From Octopus bimaculoides (Eukaryota), in NCBI RefSeq assembly GCF_001194135.2, contig NC_068984.1, positions 914,433 through 978,432 of the forward strand: 64,000 nt of DNA, read 5' to 3'. A program made the translations under genes and the position numbers. Numbering within the stretch: the first letter of the stretch is position 1; each line of letters starts with the position of its first letter. The notes beneath the pieces were generated by a model. The model searched no databases, was not told the origin of the DNA, and worked only from the letters and a program-made list of their open reading frames with translations. Positions 13,061 through 26,449 of the stretch are shown here, one piece after another.

Positions 13061-13980
13061 TTTCTACTTTATATGCAGTTACACTTTTTATATTTTCAAT
13101 TATATTTTATGCCTTCAGTTATTCTTTGTGCAGTTTCCGTTAGATTTTGTTCGGATCCGCATTTCGGTGTGTTTGTTAGTTATTTAAACTGGATAATTAG
13201 TGTCAGCTATTTGATCAGTTACATTGAGTAATTAACTATGGTCAGTTTATCAATTTGACTGGGCAATTGTCCTCCTGTAATTATATCAATTAAACAGAAT
13301 GGTTAATCTCAATTATGAAACTGAACGATTGTAATAATTAGTTGCATCTATGTGATATTTGTGTGAGTGTTTTAGTTAGCAGAAAGTCTTTGGAAGAGAC
13401 AGAGCTGTTGTGAGTACAGACAATTGGAAATGTATTAGTAACAAAAGTTGTCATTTCGTACTCAATTTCTTTTCAGTATAAATTACCGTCTTATTTTACC
13501 GTCGTCATACTTTGGCAGCAGAATTATTCAGTATATTCTCCAGTTTCTCTAAAAATGATACAGCACCTTCATTATTGTCTGCCAACGAGGGAGCAAAAAT
13601 CGATATTAATTTGGAAGGATGCTTCTTTCTTAAGCGATTATTAACTCTTTTTGAAAGGTTGTTGAAACTAGTTCGGAGAAAAATAGAAGTCGACATTAAA
13701 CATTTCATTTTATTTCACAGCAGAAAACTGTAACCTAAGCCATCCTCGATCGATTGTCAAAGGTCAGGCAGTGCATTCTATATCTACTTCTCTCTCTTCC
13801 TTTTTTAAATATCAACCTATTTTACAGCTTCCTACATATAACTGTCTTGACAGTTGAATTTTAGAGCTGTTCTGTTTATATGCATATATATAAACGCTCA
13901 TGCGTACACACACACACACGTACACACACACACACACAAATACATACATACATACACACACAAATACATACATACATACA

Positions 13981-14400
13981 CAGGATATCTCACTGGTTCA
14001 CAAGGAAACAGAAATACCAAATTTGCACACTTTCTTTGTGAATGGCGCGAAACAATATGCAAGAAATATGCAGGAGATGAAAAAGGACCTTCACCTGGTT
14101 ACAACAATCTCAAAGAATATAGAGTTGAAGTTTCGGTCAGGAGAAGTGTTGCTATATGGATGTGGAAAAAGGGAAAACTGTAAACCAGGCTAGTAACATT
14201 TCCATCAATGACTTAACTGTTTCCCCTGTATCTGAAGAGGAATGCTACAGGTACCTAGGAGTAGATGAAAACAGCTTACAATGGCACCTGTAACAAAACA
14301 CGTGCCACTAAAGAATATCACAGGCGAATAAAGAGCATTTGGACCTCGGAACTCTCTGCATTCAGTAAAACAGTGGCCCACAATGTGTTTGCAGTTTGGG
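13981..14400 (+). mobile_element. R4/Dong-type LINE RT fragment (domains 5-7 and thumb)
   Basis: Degenerate HxxxxDDxKxYARN region, then SEEECYRYLGVDEN...KEYHRRIKSIWTSELSAFSKTVAHNVFAV. Confidence 0.75.
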
Positions 14401-15070
14401 CTGCTTGCATACATGAGGCTGATAAAATCATAAGACTTTAAAGGCAACTTCTTGAGCAACACTATTTGTCTGGTAACCTAGAATACATGCCCAAAGAATT
14501 CGGTGCTCTTGTCCAAGAAAAACATCTTTTAATAGACGCGCTGTTTTAAAAAAGAACACATATCGGAGCAAGGTGAGCATCGTTCAAGCAGTGACCCATA
14601 TTTCGGTTTCCTTCAGCCTTGACTGACGTGCTAATAGGTCACCGATGGGAAGATGTTCGTCTCTCTCCAATATATGTTGCATTTTTAACACATCTATAAA
14701 GATATTTCCTCTCGGACAAAATCCTCAGCATCTTGCCTTTGGATGGTGTATGTACATTAAACATGATACACAACTGTATATGTATGTATCTGCGCGTGTA
14801 TATACATACATATACACTCATATACATACGTACATGCACACACCTAAATATAGCCGAATGGTTAAAACGTTCGCTGCAAAATAATTAGGTGCAGTGTTCA
14901 AACCCAACACGAAGGTAATCATTGTTTTCCATAGAATGAAGAGGATCCTCGCCAAACGGAAACTCTAACCTCATAAATTGTTTTTCTCCGAGATTCTCGA
15001 TTCCGATCATTTGGCGATAATAAATGCATAAAACAAAAAAGAAAATATTTAAAGACAAGTAGAGACATCT

Positions 15071-15222
15071 AGCGGTGGCAAACTGGCAGAGTTGTTATAG
15101 GGTTGGACAGAATACCTTGCGGCATTTATTTCAGATCATTTATTTCAGATCATTTAATTCAAATCCCATGAGCACCATTTTGCATTTAGTTCTCCCGGGA
15201 TCGATAAGTAAAGTACCACTCA
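15071..15222 (+). mobile_element. SINE family C, diverged copy
   Basis: gcggtggcaaactggcagagttgtta head, aattcaaatccc B box and cccgggatcgataagtaaagtaccac body. Confidence 0.65.
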
Positions 15223-15241
15223 TTTGCTTGTTCTTACTCTA

Positions 15242-15281
<40 letters not shown>

Positions 15282-15674
15282 CTACACAATTACACACATT
15301 CACGCACGCACACAAGTACTCTCTTTCTCGTTCAGAATCGGTTACGTTGAGTGCGCGAATCAATTGCCCACGAATGAAGGAAGGTTGAACGAGAGGACAG
15401 ACTGATCTGCCGTTGAGTAAGAAACGGAAATAAAATAAAGAAAATAAGAGACATTGTGACAGTCAAAGCGAGTTTTTCATTGGATGAAATTTACACGTGA
15501 CCCTAACCCTAGGTCGAATTTTAAAGGATCCTGTTGATTAATGAAATGAACGTTATATATATATATATATACATNNNNNNNNNNNNNNNNNNNNNNNNNN
15601 NNNNNNNNNNNNNTGTGTGTGTGTGTGTGTGTGTGTATGCATGTACATATATGTATATATGCATTACACACATT

Positions 15675-15925
15675 ATTCTCAAGTTTCATTGTTCCCACTC
15701 CCGAACTATACGGCCGTTATATTGACGACTGTATCGGTGAGACCTCGCTTTCCCGTGGACATCTAGACTCCTTCCTTTTTTTTTTTTTTTTTGTCAAATC
15801 CTTCCATCCTGCCCTCCACTTCTCCTGCACTATCTCTGACACCTCTGTCCCTTTTCTTGACATTTCGGTCAGCATTCATCACTCCACTCTCACCACCTCC
15901 ATCCACTACAAACACACAGACTCAC
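15675..15925 (+). mobile_element. Penelope-like element RT fragment (Neptune-like)
   Basis: LYGRYIDDCIG...SFHPALHFSCTISDTSVPFLDISV...TTSIHYKHTDSH: YxDD plus the PLE-specific FLD...YKxTDSH motif. Confidence 0.85.
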
Positions 15926-16195
15926 ACATGGGATCACTACTACTTTGTTATCTCCCCTTTTCTTAACTCTCCTATGTGACCCTTCTGTCCGGCATTCGCC
16001 ATGATAGATCGCTGACCACTACACACATTTTTTTTCGCTCCTTGTTTCTCACCTTGTTTCTTTCTGTGTTCCTTTCTGTGGAAGAGCGCAGGCTCGAAAC
16101 GTTAAAGACTTCTTCAACTCCTGAGCGTTATACTAATACATCTGTTTGTTTTCTACACCAGCTATCTTCGTCTTTTGTTTTTTTGTGAATTCTTC
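15926..16195 (+). mobile_element. Penelope-like element 3' terminal segment
   Basis: 15929-16035 is homologous to the reverse complement of 39335-39445, downstream of a GIY-YIG ORF; 16065-16195 is homologous to 44612-44740. Confidence 0.7.
16071..16107 (+). ncRNA. Degenerate minimal type I hammerhead-ribozyme-like motif
   Basis: cttt-CTGTGGAA-gagc(gcag)gctc-GAAAC-GTT-aaag: stem I cttt/aaag, stem II gagc/gctc, palindromic ACGT stem III; core deviates from CUGANGA. Confidence 0.4.
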
Positions 16196-16246
16196 CTACA
16201 CACATATGTATATATATGCATGTACACACACACACATATGTACACA

Positions 16247-16306
<60 letters not shown>

Positions 16307-16334
16307 AATACGTAAGTATATGCGTAATAAGTAT

Positions 16335-16655
16335 CTGCGTGACACCTTGGGCAAGTGTCTTCTACTATAGCCTCGGACCAACTAAATCTTTGTGAGTGGA
16401 TTTGGTAGATGGAAACTGAAAGTAGCCTTTCGTATATATGTGTGTGTGTTTGTGTGTCTGTGTTTGACCCCAACATCGCTTGACAACCAATAGTGGTGTG
16501 TTTACGTCCCCGTAACTTAGCAGTTTGGCAAAAGAGACCGATAGAATAAGTACTAGGCTCTAAAAAGAATAAGTCCTGGGGTCGTTTTGCTCGACTGAAG
16601 GCAGAGCTCCAGCAAGGCCACAGTCAAATGATTGAAATAAGTAAAATATAAAAGA
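16335..16655 (+). mobile_element. SINE family B (CORE-like) with internal (TA/TG)n; head missing
   Basis: gtgacaccttgggcaagtgtctt resembles the CORE/MIR motif tgaccttgggcaagt; the 3' half matches 4690 and 30005. Confidence 0.85.
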
Positions 16656-16658
16656 ATA

Positions 16659-16736
<78 letters not shown>

Positions 16737-16882
16737 ATTATATTTAAGTATGTATGTCTGTATATTTGTTTGTAAGTCTAAGATATATTTTACGTTGTTT
16801 TTTTAATGTTAATATTTTTGCTGATAGCCATAAAACGTCAAAAAGTGGAATTTTACTTCTGTCTTCCACTTGAAACATCATT

Positions 16883-16972
<90 letters not shown>

Positions 16973-18907
16973 CTCTCCTCTCTCTCTTCCATTTCTCTCG
17001 CCCCTCCTTCCCCCCTCTCTCTCTGTACACATTGTTTTTATGTTTTAATGCATATTTATTTACACATTTCTGTGTTAATATGTGGGTGCATAGTTTTTAT
17101 TCTTCTTTTCATTTTTGTTCTTTTGTGTGTGTATATGTTGTTTCTGTTTTATTTTTTAATGCTGGCAGAGACATTCCTCACTATTGATCGGCATTTCTGT
17201 AATTCCATTTGAAATATCTTACATTTAGATCAGAATTACACATTGGAAGTTGAGCGTTCAAACTGCTTCCATCTTGCAAACCTTCAAAATGACTTCAGGA
17301 AAATGTTTGCTGTTTACAGTTTAGCAATTAGATATCATTTAAATATACTTCTGTCCTTTCTACTTCATTCGTCAACTCATTTTTCCTCCCCCCCCCCACC
17401 AGCTTCTTTACCGTCTCTCTTTCCTTCTCTATATCTTTTTCCCCTTCTACTATAACTTTTCTGTGTGCTATTTTGCACACACACACACACAAATAAATAC
17501 ATCTATCAAAACGTGTATAAGTAAATATGTACTCTATGTGTTTCCTGAGAATATATTGGGTTATTTGTTTACATTAAAATAAATCGATAGCAATCAAGAA
17601 AGCCTACTGATTCACGTGCACTGTTACACTTCAGAGAAATATTTCCTCTTCGTAAAATGGCTGGAGTGATTCATTAAGAGAATTCTGGCGACTATCTTCT
17701 TATTTCAACACAAACATTGATCTTAGTTCGATCTCTAAAATTACTGTAATTGAAAATCTCGGGGCAACAAAATCGAATGAGTGATAAAAGGGTTCAAGCA
17801 GATTCTTTTGGTTAACCCTTCTGCTACTATAGTTCCATTTTACTTACCTTTGTTTCAATTAATTTTCAAAAATAATGAAGAATTTAGCAAAATAGCTTTG
17901 TCTTTATTAAGACATTGTCTGAAATATAAATTAACCGAAATTAATAAACTTTTTGACGGAAAGTTCTAATGTTCGGGACAAGGCAACCCCTCTCCCACCA
18001 ATTAAAAGGTTGACAAAATGTTTCAATGGCAAACAGGCGGTATTTATCAGTCAAAATCATGTTTGTAGCAGCTACAAATACAAAACTATGAACGATTAGT
18101 TAAATGAAGACATCTCCTTAAGATCTGTAAAGCCATGCCAATGGCTGTGAAAATATGGGAGATTTTTTCTGTCGTAACATGTGCCCCACTTTTTCTCTGG
18201 AAGTTTACATCATAAAATCAGTGACAGTCTCATACAGGCTGGAACCTTTGGTCAAACACACACTTTTGTTACTCAAGTTTGTATATCAGTGCCAAAGGAC
18301 ATCAGAAATATTATTCTACTGAACATATAAGTCATAAATTCAGTACCAAAATATCTTTAAAAACATTTGCCAAAAAGTGTCTTTTAATAATGAAATATTA
18401 TACAATGTCTAACACAATGCATTGTGAAAAGATCGATGGAAACCAAATCTATTTTTATCAAGGACTAACAATGCACCATTCCAGTTTAGGGCCGTTATGA
18501 TTCAAACATTAAAAGTGAACGATTTTAAGAAATATTTAATCTCCGACAGAAAACATGTTAATTTATTTAATTTGTAAATGTAAACACGATAAAACGGAAA
18601 AGTAAAAACACTTATTGAAGTACATTGGGTTTTTTTTATGAAACAGTGGCTGTTGGTTTAACCAGAAACATTTTCACTGTCAAATTAGGAGAGGATTTAG
18701 TGTACTGTAACACAATGGAAAGTCGATCAGCTTGAACAGGCGCACGCACACACACATACACACACACTCACACATGCACACACATACACATACGTATACA
18801 CACACCAGCACACATGTACACGTGTAGATATATATACGTATGTGTTTACACACACAAGTATATATGTGTGAATGTATGTGTACATATGTACATATGTATG
18901 TGTGTGC

Positions 18908-18991
<84 letters not shown>

Positions 18992-19040
18992 GTATATATA
19001 TACACACATATGTATGCATATACATATATACATATATACG

Positions 19041-19158
<118 letters not shown>

Positions 19159-19300
19159 TGTGTGTGTGTATGTGTGTGTGTGTGAGTGCGTGTGTAAATT
19201 ATTCCTTGTTTGTAAGTATTCTGAAGATGAAGATTCCCAGTGGCTACCAAATTGCTGTTATTTGGCTTTGTACATATATGTATAAGTGCATCTATTGATG

Positions 19301-19333
<33 letters not shown>

Positions 19334-19339
19334 CATATG

Positions 19340-19420
<81 letters not shown>

Positions 19421-19482
19421 TCTATTACTTGTTTCGGTCATTTGACTGCAGTCATACATACGTACATGCATACATACATACA

Positions 19483-19514
<32 letters not shown>

Positions 19515-19524
19515 CACATACATA

Positions 19525-19755
19525 CGTAAAAAGGAATACTGGTGGAATGTTCCAGTGAAGACCTCAGTAAAATGTAAGCAGAACAGACCTGATATAATGA
19601 TTTGGGATAAAGAAGTGAGATTGTGCACAGTTGTGGAAATTAGCTGCCCAGCGGATGTTAACATAAGGATGAAGATCAGTGAAAAAGAGAACACCTATGC
19701 TGAACTATTGAGAAATCTGCAGTCACTCTATCCAGATTACAAGTTCAGTTTTATA
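19525..19755 (+). mobile_element. R4/Dong-type LINE RLE domain, distinct sublineage
   Basis: EYWWNVPVKTSVKCKQNRPDIMIWDKEVRLCTVVEISCPADVNIRMKISEKENTYAELLRNLQSLYPDYKF. Confidence 0.85.
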
Positions 19756-20337
19756 GATGTAATAAAGTCTAAACATTTCAGCGACTCTTCCTTCTTCAAA
19801 AGAAAAGTATTGAAAAAAATAATGGATAAATGTGCAAGAGGAAAAGTTACAAAGAATTAAAATACTAGATGAGATGTTGAAGAGGAACTATATATATATA
19901 TATATNNNNNNNNNNNNNNNNNNNNNNNNNNNNNNNNNNNNNNNNNNNNNNNNNNNNNNNNNNNNNNNNNNNNNNNNNNNNNNNNNNNNNNNNNNNNNNN
20001 NNNNNNNNNNNNNNNNNNNNNNNNNNNNNNNNNNNNNNNNNNNNNNNNNNNNNNNNNNNNNNNNNNNNNNNNNNNNNNNNNNNNNNNNNNNNNNNNNNNN
20101 NNNNNNNNNNNNNNNNNNNNNNNNNNNNNNNNNNNNNNNNNNNNNNNNNNNNNNNNNNNNNNNNNNNNNNNNNNNNNNNNNNNNNNNNNNNNNNNNNNNN
20201 NNNNNNNNNNNNNNNNNNNNNNNNNNNNCGTTGGTAAAGTAAAGGAGGGCCGTGAAAGAGGAAAAGTGCTTGTAAGAAAGAGAAACGGGGTCAGAACAAC
20301 TTGGGGTTAAAACTAGGAATAAGCGGATAAAAGAAAA

Positions 20338-20371
<34 letters not shown>

Positions 20372-20862
20372 TATAAAATAGAGGGAAAGGAAAGTAAAGA
20401 AGAGAAAAGAGAAAAAGACATCCTGTTTGTGCGTACGTGCGTGCGTGTGTGCGTGTGTGTGTGTGTGTGTGAGGGTGTATTGTTCTACATCGTATAGAAA
20501 GTTAAGCCTAATAATGTTATAAGTTAGAAACTTTGTTATGTTAAACTTGCGTGCGCCACTAGGGGCATTTATGTACGCCGTGGGATTTTGAATTATAATT
20601 TAAACTTGTAGAAAATCGATAATAATCGAACGTACTGAAAACGTGTTCTTCGTAATATTGCTAAAGACACGTATGACTGATAAAACAAGGTTACCACTAA
20701 TGTTTAGGCTTTTTCTTTCCTTTGGTTTAAATATTCATGCGAAAAGCGACAATAATCGTATTATTTGTATTATTACTGAATCTCTATTATTTCCAGTAAT
20801 ACTGCACGAGATGTCACGAAACCTTTTTATGAAAATATATATATGCTAGTATGTTACCCGTC

Positions 20863-20951
<89 letters not shown>

Positions 20952-21345
20952 CATATGTGTGTGTGTGTGTATTTGTGTGTGTGAGAGAGAAAGACAAAAG
21001 TATACTTTGAAAGCAAACTTTTGGCACTGTGGGTAATATCATGAAATATACCATTCACACAATAATTATAATTTGAATTTTATCAAACTTCTTGGGCTTT
21101 ATACAAAATGATGAAATGCATATTTTTCAAAAGAAACTTATTTTAAAATACAATTCTAAAAACCAATTTCTCATCTGTATATTTACAATAAATGTTAGTT
21201 TTTTCGCTAAATTTTATTAGCATTATTGCAATCTACTCTAACAGTAACTTATCGCTGCGAAATTTCATTAGAAATGAGATTTTAGACACTCATCCTGTAC
21301 CTCTTATGTTAACTCGTTTTTACTCTCTCTCTTTTCCCTCTCTCC

Positions 21346-21376
<31 letters not shown>

Positions 21377-21639
21377 TCCCTCTTCCCTATAAGGTAAAGC
21401 GTGACTGGAGAAATCAATCAACCAACCAACAAACTAACCAACAACTCAACCAATATTTATATTGGCTCTTCTTGGAGATAATTGCTACTACAAGATTCGT
21501 TGATTATAAAAACAGTAAAAGTTTTAAAAATTCAGAAATTCAAATAATGGATTTGCCGTTTCAGCCTCCAGTCTTTCGTCTTCTGAAATCGAAGCCATGA
21601 TCTGTTCTTGTATCATAGTCTCTGACAAATTCTGCGAGA

Positions 21640-21679
<40 letters not shown>

Positions 21680-22623
21680 GCCTATCGGTTCTAAATTTCG
21701 AATAACCACATTAATAATTTATATATATTTATAAACACGTTTAGTCATTTGTTTTTCAAGATCCTTGATGTGTACACGTGTCTTGAAACATATTGTTATA
21801 CTTGAGGATGGTCATTTTTTTGCCCATTAAACGCAGACACTATTTATTCGATCTCCACTGGGTTTTATTCGTCTTAATTTTATTTTATTTGTCTGTCAAT
21901 GTTATTTCGTCACACATTCTGTGCCCTTATCAGTGACTCTCTGTCCCAAGTGTCATCTCTTGACCTGCTTATTCCATTTTGGAATAAGCCGAACAAGACG
22001 AACCACAAACGAATTCTTAAAAACTATCAGCTGTTCAATAGTCCACAACTACCTAGAAACCCCCCCCCCCCCACCGAGCCCATAGAAGAAACTTAGTCTT
22101 CCAGTTGAGAGCGACGTCTTTACTATTTCAGAGGACTGTTTTATATACTACACAAAGCAACTACATTAGCAGGCACACCTTTCATTTCTCGTCTACAAAT
22201 TGATACACGGGTGTGTGGTCTGAGAAAGAAATCAGGAATATACTTTCTTAGCGTGTTATTGATTCCATTTGTGGTAAAATAAACAAGAACCTATGATCGA
22301 ATATTATAATTAAAAGGAATAAATAAAAGGAGAAAAGATCATCAGCAGTAGTAGCCGCAGTAACAACAGCAGCTGTATTCACCATGCCAAGATAAACAAG
22401 ATAGGAATTTTAACCAAATCCTACATATGTACTCAATCGCATTATTCTTAAACATTTATATGTGTGTGTTTGTATGTGTGGGCACATACATATATGTGTG
22501 TATATGTATATATTTATATATATGTACATATATACGTATATATATATATATATATATATATATANNNNNNNNNNNNNNNNNNNNNNNNNNNNNNNNNNNN
22601 NNNNNNNNNNNNNNNNNNNNNNN

Positions 22624-22663
<40 letters not shown>

Positions 22664-24129
22664 CATATATACAGTATACATTTACATATATATGTATATA
22701 TATATATAGGCACACGGGGTGGAGAAGTATACACATGCATGCACATATATGTGTGTATGTATGCGCGTATGTATATATGTATGTATGTATGTATGTAGGT
22801 AGGTAGGTAGGTAGGTAGGTAGGTAGGTAGGTAGGTAGGTAGGTAGGTGTGTGTGTACTCGCATAAATGTCGGATAAAGCAACAAAATGAAAACAACCAA
22901 ACGTTGAGTAAATGTATGGTTGAAAATTTCCCAAGAAACGCAATCTGTCTAAGTCTACCGTGAGTTCAATTATGTCAGGAAAGCAATGGAAGTGAACACT
23001 GCATCACTCAACGAAATTAAAAGTCTCATCGTCAAAAGCAAATATCAAAAATACAAGATCGTCCTGCAGGAAAAAATATTGGGCATCGCTTTTTATGATG
23101 AAATAATGTCACGAAACACGTATTGAAGACAAACTAAAAACAACCAAACGGGAATGTGCGTATGTGTGTGTGTGTGTGTGTGTGTACAAACATACACACA
23201 CACACATACATTTATGTATATANNNNNNNNNNNNNNNNNNNNNNNNNNNNNNNNNNNNNNNNNNNNNNNNNNNNNNNNNNNNNNNNNNNNNNNNNNNNNN
23301 NNNNNNNNNNNNNNNNNNNNNNNNNNNNNNNNNNNNNNNNNNNNNNNNNNNNNNNNNNNNNNNNNNNNNNNNNNNNNNNNNNNNNNNNNNNNNNNNNNNN
23401 NNNNNNNNNNNNNNNNNNNNNNNNNNNNNNNNNNNNNNNNNNNNNNNNNNNNNNNNNNNNNNNNNNNNNNNNNNNNNNNNNNNNNNNNNNNNNNNNNNNN
23501 NNNNNNNNNNNNNNNNNNNNNNNNNNNNNNNNNNNNNNNNNNNNNNNNNNNNNNNNNNNNNNNNNNNNNNNNNNNNNNNNNNNNNNNNNNNNNNNNNNNN
23601 NNNNNNNNNNNNNNNNNNNNNNNNNNNNNNNNNNNNNNNNNNNNNNNNNNNNNNNNNNNNNNNNNNNNNNNNNNNNNNNNNNNNNNNNNNNNNNNNNNNN
23701 NNNNNNNNNNNNNNNNNNNNNNNNNNNNNNNNNNNNNNNNNNNNNNNNNNNNNNNNNNNNNNNNNNNNNNNNNNNNNNNNNNNNNNNNNNNNNNNNNNNN
23801 NNNNNNNNNNNNNNNNNNNNNNNNNNNNNNNNNNNNNNNNNNNNNNNNNNNNNNNNNNNNNNNNNNNNNNNNNNNNNNNNNNNNNNNNNNNNNNNNNNNN
23901 NTATATATATATATATGGATGCATGCATGCGTGGATGAATGCATATTTGCCCATGTATATATGTGTGTGTATATAACTGTATGTATGTATATGTACATGA
24001 ATATATGCATGTATCCGTTTACGTTAGCCAAGCAAACCAATCCTCAGTTTGTAGTCCATTCATTCCCTCCACTGATTGTCGATACTGACAAATGAGCTGT
24101 TGGACAATGGCATTGCAAATAGTAGTAGC

Positions 24130-24201
<72 letters not shown>

Positions 24202-24387
24202 CCTTTCTTTATTGCTCACAAGGGTCTATATGTACACAATACAAAACGTGTCATACAAAAAGGTTAAAAAACTTGTGCGTTTATCTATCAATCTTGCCTC
24301 ATGTTCTGCATGTCTCTCTTTCTTTCTCTCTGTCCCTGTCTCTGTCCGTATCTATCTTCCCCCTCTCTCTCTCTTTCTCTCTCTCTC

Positions 24388-24451
<64 letters not shown>

Positions 24452-24452
<1 letters not shown>

Positions 24453-24580
24453 AACTACTGAAAAGATTGCAAGACGCAACAAAAATTTTAGAAAAATAAA
24501 TGAGTGGAAATTTTACCGGTGAGTGTGTTAAATCATAAAGCACAAAAATAGAATGATTCTCCCCAGACACAACAGAATAT
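24452..24580. repeat. Dispersed repeat terminus (shared with window start)
   Basis: The distal 44 nt match positions 1-44. Confidence 0.6.
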
Positions 24581-24594
24581 ATATATATATATAA

Positions 24595-24691
24595 TAAGAC
24601 TGGAGTCTAGAGTGAAGCCCTCCAGCTGGCCAGCTCTGACGAAACCGTCCAACCCATGCCAGCATGGCCAACGGACGTTAAATGATGATAA

Positions 24692-24692
<1 letters not shown>
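24595..24692 (+). mobile_element. Non-LTR 3' tail fragment ending in a (TGA)-like repeat, possibly RTE-type
   Basis: ccgtccaacccatgccagcatggccaacggacgttaaatgatgataatgat: hairpin-capable ccatg/catgg followed by a short trinucleotide tail; family assignment from recall. Confidence 0.4.
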
Positions 24693-24731
<39 letters not shown>

Positions 24732-24744
24732 ATCAACATATCAT

Positions 24745-25080
24745 GAAAGAAAGAGAAAAAGTTGATAAATATGGAGACCTGAGAATTGAGATCGCTGTGA
24801 TGTGGCAGCTACGAGAGTCGAACACAAAGGTTATCCCTATTGTCATCGGAGCATTGGGTTCAATACCACCCAATCTGAAAAAACATCTGAAAACCTATAA
24901 AAGATACCCTACAATCTAGATGTATTGCAAAAGTTGGCATCACTTGAAATTGCACACATATTGTGTAAAGTATTGTCTGTCTGAGGTCCTTGTTATGACT
25001 TGACAAACAGTACAAACCCCTCGGTAGACATAATATCTTCAATCAACAACCTCACAATATTGGATACTGTGCGACATCTA
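24745..25080 (+). mobile_element. R4/Dong-type LINE 3' end with (TAA)n tail
   Basis: EKVDKYGDLRIEIAVMWQ...KVIPIVIGALGSIPPNLKKHL...ILCKVLSV*, then UTR and (TAA/CAA)n at 25080-25187. Confidence 0.85.
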
Positions 25081-25115
25081 TAATAATAACAACAACAATG
25101 ATAATAATAATAATA

Positions 25116-25186
<71 letters not shown>

Positions 25187-25187
<1 letters not shown>

Positions 25188-26385
25188 TGGAATCAAACAC
25201 CACAACATGAAGGAGAAAAAATATTGGCTTAAAAGCCGAATACCAGAAACATATTTTCGGTAATAAACACGCGCGCAGTCGCAGTAGTTCGGTATGGCGC
25301 TGGAATCCTGAAGTGGACAGGGGAGGAGCTAAAGGAGACGGACCGGAAGTCAAGAAGGCTCCCAATGATGCATGAAGCCCATCATTTACATGCAAACATT
25401 GATCGCCTAGACATGGAGAAGGAAGGGAGAAGAGGACTGATAAGTGTGGAAGACTGCGTACGTATGGAACTGGAGAGCTTAATGAGATACCTAGCCCAGG
25501 GTAAGGAAACCTTGCTAGTTAGGAATGAGGGAGTACTGAGTATTGAGTATTGAGGGGGTATTGACAGTTAGGAATGAGGGAGTATTGAGAGCAGAGACAA
25601 AACGGGAAAATAATAGAAGTACAAATAGGACACGAAGAAGAATTACGCAAGAAGGAACTACACAATCAATTCCATGTCGCCATAGCAGTAGTTGCTGGAA
25701 AAAATAGTTGGGATTGGCTGAAGAAAGGAACACTAAAAAAGAGACCTAAAGAAAGAGACCAAGCTCTAGTCACGAACTGGAGGGTCAACCTAAGGAAGGA
25801 GCAAGCGTCTCCGCTGTGCCGCATCTGCAATAGAGTGGAAGAAACCATTGCTCATATCACGAAAGAATTCCCTAGTCTTGCCCCAGACCACTACAGGTTG
25901 TGACGACACGACCAGGTAGCGAAAGTGCTACCCTGTAAACTATGAAAAGTGGGAAAGAGAGTCAAGACGTGGTATGGGAACAAACTGCAGACTGTGGCAG
26001 AGTTGTAGACGACCAAAATCCACTGGGATTTCCCAATCCAAACAGATCAGGTGCTGCAGTATACCAGACCAGACCTAGTGGTGGTGGTGGTGGACAGGAT
26101 GCACCCTATATGCTATTTGGTTGATGTTGCATGCCCCTTTGACCCACGAATAGTCAAGAAGGAAGACGAAAACATAGATAGAAACCTCTTGAGTACGAAA
26201 TAGCCCGGCTATGGAAAATGAAGAAGGCGAAGATAGTGCCAATTATTGTTGGGTCCTTCGGAACGGTATCAGAAGGCATTAAGAGGAATATAAAGGAAAT
26301 TGGAATAGAGTGCCCAGTAGAACTGTTACAAAAGGTTTACCTCCTTGGCATAGCCAGAATAATCTGAAAAGTATTAAATAACTGA
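25187..26385 (+). mobile_element. R4/Dong-type LINE: thumb, CCHC finger and RLE, degenerate
   Basis: INTRAVAVVRYGAGILKWT...IDRL...GLISVEDC; PLCRICNRVEETIAHI; RPD...DVACPFDPRIVKKE...IVPIIVGSFGTV...GIARII. Confidence 0.9.
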
Positions 26386-26449
26386 AGAGAACGAATAGCC
26401 AGCTTTAGCATAATACCAGAGTATTGGTTCATGACCATGAAGGGACTTT

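Noticed and set aside
22900-23150. Pogo/Tigger-like HTH snippet (NLSKSTVSSIM)
   Set aside because: One short motif, no TIRs, and the frame closes.
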